DNA of 64,000 nucleotides from Diplonema japonicum (taxonomy: Eukaryota; Protista; Euglenozoa: Diplonemea). Position 1 is the stretch's first letter. Each line of letters opens with the position of its first letter. Below are positions 20,378 through 29,372 of this stretch, one piece after another. The position numbers and the translations under genes are program-made. The stretch is from contig OZ025713.1 in assembly GCA_964019335.1 (NCBI GenBank), positions 248,001-312,000 on the forward strand, given 5' to 3'. Under the pieces are notes generated by a model, which was not told where the DNA came from, searched no databases, and saw only the letters and a program-made list of their open reading frames with translations.

Positions 20378-22060
20378 TTAAAGGAGAAGCGAGTTTCTAT
20401 CCACAACGAGCTTCAGTTCCTCCTCCGCGAGCCTCACCAACAAAGGCTTTTCTCTCTCGATCCCAAGAACACGGAGGGCCTCCTTACTATTACCCAACAG
20501 GTACAACTTCCCTGCTGAATTGTACGACTCCCAAGGACTCTCCTCAAGCTCATACATCCACTCCTGGCCTGTTGCTGCTGTTTCCTCGTCCTCACCTTCA
20601 AGTACCTCGTACGCTACCTCGTTCACATGCTTCACATTCACTTTTGTTATAATGACCTTCATGGTGAAGGCGAAGGACACCTCACTGTACACAGTACTGC
20701 AACACACCACCTTGTGTCCCCCAGACCTCCCCAGGTCCTGCAGAACAGAGGCCGTGATGGACGGGGTCCCGATCATCCCCACAGACATGATCTCACTGCA
20801 CCCAAGAGACCCACAGAAGGCCGTCCCACTTGACACACCTGTCACCACCTCAATCCCTTTTGCAAAGGCCCCGTCACACAGATCAACAGCAGCCTGCACA
20901 GCATTCTTCGCGTGGCTTGCACATCTTTTCGTGGTGTTGAACGAGGCGTGCACGTGGTCCCCCACAACAGCCCCCACAACACCTGACAAATGTAAGTACT
21001 GTTCAGACAGGCACTCCATGAAGTGTTTATACTTCTCTTGGTAGGCTGCGGGGTCGGAGGCTGCCTCCCCAATCGACCCGAGCATGTTCGTCACAGTGAA
21101 CGAGCACTGCTTCCTCTCAAGCACCTTGACCTGTACGGCATGGACTACTTCAGACAGGGTTGAGGCCATGTTCAAGTTACTCCCCATTGAGTCTGTCTTG
21201 TATATCTCTTGGCTTTGATTGTCGTCGCCATCCTCACTGCCATTGTCACTGTCGCGAAAAAGAACAGACTGTGGAAGGTAAGGACGGTAGATGTGGAGAT
21301 TTGCAAGGATGGCAGAGAAGGCGTGGTGGAGGGGCGGGGGGAGGGATGCGGACTCGATGATGTCTTCAGCTGATGCAAGGTCGAAGCGGGAGAGGGAGGT
21401 GGCGATGTCCTCAGTGGCTTGGATGGCTTGGTTCATGATTTCGTGTTCCTTGCGAAGGCCGTGGGCGAAGCCTCTTGTGAAATAGAAGTCGAGGAGGACG
21501 ACAACCAACTGGAAGGCCAGCGCCAGAAGTGAATCACCAATGTCGTTTTTACAAGGAAGCTCTTCACAGGAGACGATGTCCCGACGCTGCTCTTGAGACA
21601 TGAGATGTGGGAGGTCGTAGAGACCAAAGCGGAAGGTACCTTCCATGGAAGCGACACACAGCCAGACAACGAGGACAGTGATGAGGATAAGTGCAACTCG
21701 TTGCTTCAGATGACAGACAAGACAGGCATCGATGAGAATTACAAATAGAGGCCACGTTTGGTGCAAGCTTCTGGGCTCAACGAGTTGGTCAAGGCTCGAA
21801 ACCAGAAACACCAGACCCAGACTGTATAGAAAGGCTTCCACCAAGTTGTACCGCACCTTGCGCTCCACCAACAGCTGCACAAGCAATATTGTACCAAAAG
21901 TGACAGTATACCCGCCTCTTGCCTGCTCTGAAATTCTTTCTGCTGCTAATAGTACCAAAAGACTGCCCACCACAACCACGATGGATCCTATAACTAGCAA
22001 TTTCTTTGTGAACACGGTGGTCGGATCATCATCAGGACACCCCACCAATGTGAAGAGCAT
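20378..22060 (-). CDS. Multi-TM receptor with degenerate class III nucleotide-cyclase domain, copy 1
   Basis: About 6 hydrophobic segments, CEELPC loop, YRPYLPQS, cyclase-like VVGDHVHASFN and GVSSG..CG..G motifs, QEWMY. Confidence 0.85.
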   Translation of the reverse strand: MLFTLVGCPDDDPTTVFTKKLLVIGSIVVVVGSLLVLLAAERISEQARGGYTVTFGTILLVQLLVERKVRYNLVEAFLYSLGLVFLVSSLDQLVEPRSLHQTWPLFVILIDACLVCHLKQRVALILITVLVVWLCVASMEGTFRFGLYDLPHLMSQEQRRDIVSCEELPCKNDIGDSLLALAFQLVVVLLDFYFTRGFAHGLRKEHEIMNQAIQATEDIATSLSRFDLASAEDIIESASLPPPLHHAFSAILANLHIYRPYLPQSVLFRDSDNGSEDGDDNQSQEIYKTDSMGSNLNMASTLSEVVHAVQVKVLERKQCSFTVTNMLGSIGEAASDPAAYQEKYKHFMECLSEQYLHLSGVVGAVVGDHVHASFNTTKRCASHAKNAVQAAVDLCDGAFAKGIEVVTGVSSGTAFCGSLGCSEIMSVGMIGTPSITASVLQDLGRSGGHKVVCCSTVYSEVSFAFTMKVIITKVNVKHVNEVAYEVLEGEDEETAATGQEWMYELEESPWESYNSAGKLYLLGNSKEALRVLGIEREKPLLVRLAEEELKLVVDRNSLLL

Positions 22061-22267
22061 AAATTACACTTCCCCCCCCTCCCCTTTTGTAATGTACACG
22101 AAATCAGAGAAAGTTTAGAAAAATCCTCAAGAAGAGCTCCTCCACGAACCAAGAATTAAGTTGAGTACTTTAATCCGAAACTATAACAATCGAGACCACG
22201 AGAAGCTTCTCACCCATGGGACAGCAATTCTGCATCTATCTACTTTTATTGAGTCAGGCCCTAAGTA

Positions 22268-22577
22268 CTTCAGTTCCTCCTCCGCAAGCCTCTTTTCAAC
22301 AAAGGCTTTTCTCTCTCGATCCCAAGAACACGGAGGGCCGAAGATGTTCAAGTTACTAGCCATTGAACAGAACCGTGAACAAAATAACGAGTTTGCCATC
22401 CTCACTGCCATTGTCACTGTCGCAAAAAAGAACCACTGTGGAAGGTAAGGATGGTAGATGTGGAGATTTGCGAGGATGGCAGAAAAGGCGTGGTGGAGGG
22501 GCGGGGGGAGGGATGCGGACTCGATGATGTCTTCAGCTGATGCAAGGTCGAAGCAAGAGGGAGGTGGCGATGTCCTC
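22268..22577 (-). pseudogene. Internally deleted relic of the cyclase-like receptor gene
   Basis: Collinear patches matching the 3' end, linker and coiled-coil parts of 20378-22060, joined by large deletions. Confidence 0.75.
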
Positions 22578-22696
22578 GTTTCTTACAATACACTGGGAGA
22601 AGTTAACGCGGACCGAGTTTTATTGTATAGGACAGGTTTCGCACATTTACGCAATTTCAAAGCTGACACCAAAATCTTCAAACCATTTCCGTACTG

Positions 22697-24538
22697 TCAC
22701 TGCCTTGTCCCTTTGCAGTGGGTCAAGATGTCCTTCCCGGCTATTGACATGTCGACGAGGTTCTTGGAGACATCCTGTGCCTCTCGGGTTTGCTTCAAAG
22801 GTGTGGTTGGAATCTCCATCTGGGTGGCAAGTTCAAGGGGCGTAAGGCCTCCCGCGTCCTTTGCATGAAGGCTACCGGTGGCCAACCCGGCAATCCACTT
22901 GTATCTAGTCACGGTCTTGCCCTGGTTGCGCAACATCGAAACATTCCTGATGCAAAAGTGCAAGACGGTGTCTCCTGACGGGAGTTTGCTGTTGGGGGAC
23001 ACATTGTATTTCTCAACAAGACACGAGGCCACGTAGAAGTTAAACTGAATCAGCGCAGAGACGAGGAGAGACACCAGGTCTGCACCGCAAGAGGGCAACA
23101 GTTTGTCAAGGAAGCTCATGCTCGAGGCGTCCTTGCGGTTCACAACAAGGCCAAGAGGCGTGGAACCATCACTGTACACCATCTGGGAGTAGTCGGCGTA
23201 CTCCAGAAGAACCTTGGCGCAGTTATCCCTCCCCTTTTGGATAGCGAAGCTCAGAGGATCCCTCGTCGCATCCGTCAGGGAGAACGGCTGACCCCCGAAC
23301 AGAACTGAGAACCTCTCGGCTATCATCTTAACCATGTACGTGTCGCCTCCTTTACATGGAGCCTGGGCCATCGCGGCGAACAGCTCGATCGTCAGAAGCC
23401 TTTCCAAACGCACTTCTTTAAGCAACTTCTCAATCTCGGAGTCTTTCATAAACCCCACCGCTGTTTCAATTAAAGTCTTGGCTTCGCAGTCCGATCGTGT
23501 GTACTGCAGCAACTCCATCAAACGGTGCAAGGTGGTGGCATGGCGCGCCACGGGATCGGGCACACCGCCGGACAACAAGCCTCTCGGCAGATCCAAGGAA
23601 CACGAACGGATGATCGTGCTGGCAAGCTTCCCTCTGCTGTGTTGCTTCACGGGTCCCTTGTCCAGCAGGATATCCAAGTACTGCATTCCACGAAAGGAGA
23701 ATGCTGCAAATCGGTGGACATCGGTGGGCTTCAAAGGCGGGTCGGTGCAGTTCTCCAGTATCGCGTCGGCCCAGTCCCAATGAGAGCGGTTTAGAGACGT
23801 TATAAACGCGGCAGATGGGAAGTTCGGTGTTTTTTGCATAAGTTTGAACACTCCGTTGGAATGGTGCGGAAGATGTCGAGCGGCAATGCCGAGGACGTAC
23901 TCATGCGTCTCCTCACCATGGGGTGTGGTGTCTGTGTAATATGACATGAAATCAAACAGGGCATCCTCATTCTCTATGAGGCATTTTATGACGAACTCCA
24001 CCCTTGGAGCGTTCTTCTTGACCCCGTCGAAGGAGCAGAACTGTTTGAAACGCGACAGATCTGCCATCTGAACACACGTCCGCAAGGCGCTTTTCGAATA
24101 CCTCGCGACATAGCTGCGGGCATCTGGACAGGATAGAACGTAGTCCATGACATCGGGAGCGGTGTCGAGAAGCTTGCTTGGATGCAGGTAGCTGACGCAG
24201 AAGAATCTAGCCGTGCAACATACATCCAAGAATTCTACATCATTGTTCTTTATGATAAGATTGATGGCCGTATCTTTGTCGATGCCAGTCTGGCGGATGA
24301 TCTGTTTGGCTTCCTCCACTCTGTTCAGAATAACATTGATCAGTGCACCGCTCCCCAACCCTGTTCCTGATATTTCCTGAGTGTCTTCGATGGTGCTGCC
24401 TTCATGCTCGAGCTCCAGAAGAGACGCGTCGACGCTTAGTAGCTTCGTTAGCTCCTTCTTCACATCGGCCCCCACCCATGATGGGCCGACCTCGATCACG
24501 TGTTTGTCACCGCCAGGCACTGAGAGCACCACCTCCAT
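22697..24538 (-). CDS. Ubiquitin-like N-terminal domain plus ankyrin-repeat protein
   Basis: N-terminal about 70-aa UBL pattern (V.DVK.....L...G..IED......G...GA.INV); ankyrin motifs DPLSFAIQKG, GSTPLGL, GDTVLHF, GLTPLELA. Confidence 0.8.
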   Translation of the reverse strand: MEVVLSVPGGDKHVIEVGPSWVGADVKKELTKLLSVDASLLELEHEGSTIEDTQEISGTGLGSGALINVILNRVEEAKQIIRQTGIDKDTAINLIIKNNDVEFLDVCCTARFFCVSYLHPSKLLDTAPDVMDYVLSCPDARSYVARYSKSALRTCVQMADLSRFKQFCSFDGVKKNAPRVEFVIKCLIENEDALFDFMSYYTDTTPHGEETHEYVLGIAARHLPHHSNGVFKLMQKTPNFPSAAFITSLNRSHWDWADAILENCTDPPLKPTDVHRFAAFSFRGMQYLDILLDKGPVKQHSRGKLASTIIRSCSLDLPRGLLSGGVPDPVARHATTLHRLMELLQYTRSDCEAKTLIETAVGFMKDSEIEKLLKEVRLERLLTIELFAAMAQAPCKGGDTYMVKMIAERFSVLFGGQPFSLTDATRDPLSFAIQKGRDNCAKVLLEYADYSQMVYSDGSTPLGLVVNRKDASSMSFLDKLLPSCGADLVSLLVSALIQFNFYVASCLVEKYNVSPNSKLPSGDTVLHFCIRNVSMLRNQGKTVTRYKWIAGLATGSLHAKDAGGLTPLELATQMEIPTTPLKQTREAQDVSKNLVDMSIAGKDILTHCKGTRQ

Positions 24539-24589
24539 TTTTTGTGTCTGCGAAGGGAACGGGGTGAGCTTTGAAAAAAAAATAATAAA

Positions 24590-25035
24590 GAGGTAAAAGG
24601 AAATCCCTGATCTGGGACGTCCTGTCTTGTTCTTCTACCAAAAAAAAAAAAAAAAAACTCGATAAAATTTCAGTGTGCATGGGGGTGCTCACTGTTCAGG
24701 TAGAAATTCACACTAATCGGTCACCGTTCTGCGGTTGCTGTCTGGTGCCTGCGGTGGCTGTTTGTCGCGATGAGATGGACGGCATCTGGGCGAGGAACAT
24801 TGCTTGGAGTCGTGCTAGGTAGGGGGCGGTGTGGCTCGAGGAGAAGAGTGGTCTCCTGTCGTAGCCGTGTGCCGTCGCCGTGTGCCGTCGGGCCCCCAAG
24901 ATGTCGAAGGGTATGCACCCTTGATTTGGCGTTGGCGGGGAAGGCTGACCTTCCACAGCGTGCTGAGCATTTCTGGATGCGACCCAAGATGTATCGCATC
25001 CTTGCGGCCTTCTCCGTGAGCAGGTCTTGATCGTC
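24590..25035 (-). mobile_element. Two stacked LINE 3' fragments (24590-24639 stub; 24655-25035 fragment)
   Basis: 24655-25035 is near-identical to 61385-61735; 24590-24639 carries the conserved terminal stem-loop. Confidence 0.75.
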
Positions 25036-25257
25036 GAAAAAAAAAAAAAAAGAACGAAGGAAAACTGGGCTAGGCTTCTTTTTTGTTTTTTGTTTTTTTT
25101 TTCGTTTTGTTGTTGAGGAATAATAAGTCATCTTGGAAAGCAATCTCCAATTTGTGTAGACGTGGCAGAGCAGGAGTGAGGTCCAATGATATCAGCGACA
25201 AATCCAACGAAGTGCGCAAGTCGGAGATCCCGAAGCAGGGTTTCTTTTTTTTTTTTT

Positions 25258-26157
25258 TTACCAAACACCTCTCTCATACGACACTTCTTTAGGGACTTCG
25301 TCGATGAACCGTGCGCCAAGGCCACTCGGAAGGTTTGTTCTGTTCAGAAACCCATGGGCGTGCAATTTTTTTACGTTTCTCAGGTGCTTGAGGTCGACAG
25401 ATTCAAGGGACTCGCACCCTGCCAAAAACCGGGTGCCGATGGTCTCCACGGCTCTCAACGGGGACAGGTCCAGAAACCGCAGGTTCGTGCATGATTGCAG
25501 GAAACCGGAGCCGATAGTTGACACTGCTTTGAACGGGGATAGGTCGAAGGTGGAAAGCTGCGTGCAATTTCTCATAAATTGTCCCTGTATGCTGGTCAAG
25601 CTTGAGAGGGAAGAGATATCGACGGACAGGAGGGATTTGCAGTTGACGAGAAAATCGTCTTCAATTCTCTCCACGCCTTTCATGTCGAAAACCAGGGTTT
25701 TAAGCGAATTGCAGCAAATGAGAAACTGAAACGCGAGTTGCTTCACATGCCGCTTCGGGTCAGAAATAGTCAAGTTCGAAACACATAACGGGATATCATA
25801 CCCATGTATAAACAGTGTTTCTGCCACGTCAGAAACATCAACAACGAGGACGATATTGGGGTCTTGTCGAGCGTTTTCTTCTATCTTTTCTGAACTTGCC
25901 TTCAGATCCCGTAGCTTCACAGTCATTTCGGCCTTGCTCTCGAGTCTCAACACATCCCCGCTCCCCATTCCGCTTTGCTGGATTTCTTCCATGCTGTCAC
26001 TCGGGATCCTCTGGTCTTCCCACTGTAGAGTGAACCTTTCCTCCATCAAGTTGGCCACTCGCGAGGCCTTCTTGTAAAGGCTCCCCATAGTATGCCTCCC
26101 ATCTACTTCAACATCGTGGACCTCACATGGCGTCCGGAGGTAGATGGTGATGCTCAT
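25258..26157 (-). CDS. Ubiquitin-like N-terminal domain plus BspA-like leucine-rich repeats
   Basis: UBL-like first about 75 aa ending GMGSGDVLRL; repeats of IG..FL..C..L...DLS.L..V. Confidence 0.85.
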   Translation of the reverse strand: MSITIYLRTPCEVHDVEVDGRHTMGSLYKKASRVANLMEERFTLQWEDQRIPSDSMEEIQQSGMGSGDVLRLESKAEMTVKLRDLKASSEKIEENARQDPNIVLVVDVSDVAETLFIHGYDIPLCVSNLTISDPKRHVKQLAFQFLICCNSLKTLVFDMKGVERIEDDFLVNCKSLLSVDISSLSSLTSIQGQFMRNCTQLSTFDLSPFKAVSTIGSGFLQSCTNLRFLDLSPLRAVETIGTRFLAGCESLESVDLKHLRNVKKLHAHGFLNRTNLPSGLGARFIDEVPKEVSYERGVW

Positions 26158-26387
26158 GTGGTCTTTTGTGCAGGGGTGACTGCGCTATAATAAATTAATA
26201 AATAGAACCGATATAAAAAAAAAGAGGGGGGGAGAAAGAAGAAAAAGAAGAGAGGGAACGGGGGAAAAGAGAAACAGCGTCACGGGCAAGTGTGTGAAGT
26301 AATTTCAGCGGGGGGAAAGGGGAAGCGGGGGGTGGGAGGATAAAATAAAAAAGCCACCGTTTCACTATTCAAAATATCTTTTTTTTT

Positions 26388-28091
26388 TCAAACACGTTCG
26401 TCCATAAGGGCATCGTAAACATCTTTTCTGCTGAGGTTCTTATCGATGCCGCAAATGGACCTCCCGGTGTGGAAGGAAAGCAGCTTTCGGACCCCTTGGT
26501 ACGCCTGTGTGACCGTGTTCGAGGAGTGGATTACAGCATGCTGCGTGTTGTACCTTGAAAAAGGTGGGAGGAACGACATGATGATGCGAACGGTGTCGGG
26601 AGGCAGGCCGTGCCACCCCGCCGACGGCTGGATGGGATGCGGGTCAACCTGCTCACCGCAGGCGATCGACGAGTCCGACAGTTCGTACCTTGTCATCCCA
26701 TGGTCCACGAAAGGCTTCCCCTTTTCCCGTGCTTTGTCGAGAAGCTTGCATGTAACCTCGTCCAATGGGACGCCTCTGTGTGTCCACTGGTGGTGGTCTT
26801 TGAAGCGGGGCCCACCAAAGAGGCCCGATTCAATTCTCGACACAACACCCTCCACCATCCCACCGCATCCATCAAGAAGCACCGTTTCTAGTAAAAGCGG
26901 TCGGACATCGTCAGGGATCTCGGGCTCGTGGATTGCCGTCATGACCACGTCGAGAATATTGAGGGAAGATTTCGTGCTTCTTCTCAACCTCATCCATCTC
27001 AGAAAGTGGGCCTTCTCAAAGATCTTCGACCCGAACCAGGCTGCCTCGGGAATCGCCCAGAGCTTCTCGTTCTCCCTGTTCGTCTCGTCGGTTTCGTGTC
27101 CCAGCCAGTTCCAAAAGGTGTCGGATTCCTTTGAAGAAAACTCCTCCGCATCGTCCGAGTCGTAGCACGCCCCGCTGCTTCTCGTAAACGGGTCGAATTT
27201 CTCTTTTTCTTCAATTTTCTTTTCGAGTGCGGCAATGGTCTTCGCGTCCTTCACGTGAAGTTTCGTCTTGAGTTGTGCAAGCTTCGTGTCAAGGCCACGC
27301 CGCCCATGCCCCAGCTCGCAAAACATTTCCCTCATGCCTAATGTGTCACGTGTGAACGGGTTTCCCAAAAGCTTCCCTTTGTACACTGTGTGCACTACTG
27401 TGCGTGTTGCGGCAAGCCTGATGACTATGCCGGTGTCCTTCCCATGTGCGTAGAGTGAGGCTACAGACCTATCAATTTCAAGTATTGAATACGATTTTTT
27501 GCGACTCTCATCACAGGACGTGATGTGGATGTTTGCCTTGGGGACCGTTTCCGGGTACAGGTCTTTCAGAATATCAGGCAGATTTCCAAGTGTTGGGTAG
27601 TAATCGGCGTCTGGTGGGGCGTGAAGGTGCGACCCCTCGAATGTTCCCCAGTGGCTGGAATAGTTTCGGGGGTCTACCACAACAACCTTCCCGTTTGGGT
27701 GGCTCCCCTTAACATCGATCCCTGAAGTCTGGAGAATTCCGATTGGAGGCTGCGTCCCGCGCCAGCCCTGCCATTGAAACACATCGTTCACATCAATAGT
27801 TTTGACGATGATGGTGGAGGACCATGCCTTGAGAGTTTCTGTGGCCCAGGCCGCCCCGTGTATGTTCTTGTCAATGATGACAACGTCGACAGGTTGCGAG
27901 CTGTTCCTCACCTCCTCCCACGCCTCTCCAACATCCCCGAGCCGTGTCACGCTGCTGAACTGCTTCATCACATCCATGCAGGACCTGAACGCAAAGGATC
28001 GCTCAGCCGCACTCTCCACCCACACCAACCTGTCACGGTTTGCCTCGGGCGCGTCTTCGAACCTCTGGATGTCTCTCTTCGCGGTGCCCAT
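26388..28091 (-). CDS. Highly divergent actin-related protein with F-box-like motif, copy 1
   Basis: SVASLYAHGKDTGIVI...VYKG resembles actin AVLSLYASGRTTGIV...IYEG; DDVRPLLLETVLLDGCGGMVEG...RI resembles DIRKDLYANTVLSGG..M.PG...R; WHGLPPDTVRIIMSFLP. Confidence 0.75.
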   Translation of the reverse strand: MGTAKRDIQRFEDAPEANRDRLVWVESAAERSFAFRSCMDVMKQFSSVTRLGDVGEAWEEVRNSSQPVDVVIIDKNIHGAAWATETLKAWSSTIIVKTIDVNDVFQWQGWRGTQPPIGILQTSGIDVKGSHPNGKVVVVDPRNYSSHWGTFEGSHLHAPPDADYYPTLGNLPDILKDLYPETVPKANIHITSCDESRKKSYSILEIDRSVASLYAHGKDTGIVIRLAATRTVVHTVYKGKLLGNPFTRDTLGMREMFCELGHGRRGLDTKLAQLKTKLHVKDAKTIAALEKKIEEKEKFDPFTRSSGACYDSDDAEEFSSKESDTFWNWLGHETDETNRENEKLWAIPEAAWFGSKIFEKAHFLRWMRLRRSTKSSLNILDVVMTAIHEPEIPDDVRPLLLETVLLDGCGGMVEGVVSRIESGLFGGPRFKDHHQWTHRGVPLDEVTCKLLDKAREKGKPFVDHGMTRYELSDSSIACGEQVDPHPIQPSAGWHGLPPDTVRIIMSFLPPFSRYNTQHAVIHSSNTVTQAYQGVRKLLSFHTGRSICGIDKNLSRKDVYDALMDERV

Positions 28092-28420
28092 TTTCTTTTT
28101 CTTCTCCCTAAAAGCTCCTTTGAAGCGTTAAAAAAGCTTTCTTTCTTTAATACCCTCCTTCTTTTTTACAACGGGTCCAGTATGTCGCCCGTCACGACAG
28201 GATCAGGGAGGAGGAGGAGGGTGGTCGCCATCAGCGGTAATTCCCTTTGCGAGAGGCCAGCGAACCATAAGGTACGTTCTGGCCTGATGATTGAGATGAG
28301 AAGGTCATTTCCCCCCAGGGGCGATGTTGAGTAAAGATGCCAGTGATTCGGATATGAGGTACAAAAGATCAAAGATTTCTCGGTCCCCCCTTATAATAAT
28401 AACAAATAGAACCGATAAGA

Positions 28421-28750
28421 AATATATGAGTTAAAGGAAGTCTTTGTGAGACGCCCCCTTGTTCTCATCCTCTACCTGCACCTATCCCCTTTCAGCAGCG
28501 GTTTCTCCTCCTTTGGTGGTCTTGCCGGCCTGCTCCCCAGCCTGGCCGCTTTTTCTCTTCGTTCTCTTGCCCATTGTCCTTTCAACGCCTCTAGGTCATG
28601 CTTGGTCTTCGGTGATGCAAATATCGCCCTCCTGTTCCATCCGATCACCGCCTTTGTCCTCCCGATGGATCGTAGTGTGTGCACCCTTGTGCACGGCTCA
28701 GCTGGGAAGGCCCTCCTTCCTTTCACCTTCTTCAGTACCCTTCCTAGCTC
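28421..28750 (-). mobile_element. 5'-truncated LINE 3' end
   Basis: ORF RAFPAEPC..VHTLRSIG...GWNRRAIF homologous to the LINE C-terminus, followed by the terminal stem-loop and T-tract. Confidence 0.8.
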
Positions 28751-29049
28751 TCTAAAAAACTATTCTGTTAACTGAATCGCCAATACTTCCTATAGGGCTC
28801 TTGCAACCACCACCACAGCCATCGCCAACGTGCCAAAGAAATGGGCTAAACTCGCACGTAGGTGTGAGCTTCAAGGGTGCTCCTAGTGGCTCCTCTAAAA
28901 CGACAGGAAGTGAGACATGGAAAGGGCGCACAGCATTTCTCACTGCGCCGTTTGCCCATGGGGCAATTACTGTCCTTTACGGGCGGCACACGTTTACCCA
29001 GCGGTGTGGCAGAGTCAACTGCAGGGTCCGGAGGCTACTGAAATGATTT

Positions 29050-29368
29050 TAAGTTAGAATAGAAAAGCGAAAAAATAAAAAAGGGGTGGAAAAGAATAAA
29101 TACTGCATACGAAAACAGAGAGTTGAATAAAAAAGGAAAAAGGTGACTGACATCCTCAAGAGGCTAGAGGCGTTAACTCCTAAAATAAATAGAGCCGACA
29201 TAAAAAAAAAGAAGAAAATAAGAGAGAGAACAGGGGAAAAGACCCCCACCAAAAAAAAGAAGAAAATTTGATAAATTTCGGTGTGCGGGTGGGTGCTCAC
29301 CGTTCAGGGAGAAATTCACACTAATCGATCACCGTTCTGCGGTTGCTGTCTGGTGCCTGCGGTGGCTG
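29050..29368 (-). mobile_element. Stacked 3' stubs of two further LINE families
   Basis: 29270-29368 matches 24660-24757 and 61388-61487; 29095-29147 matches 56800-56852. Confidence 0.65.
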
Positions 29369-29372
29369 GCGA

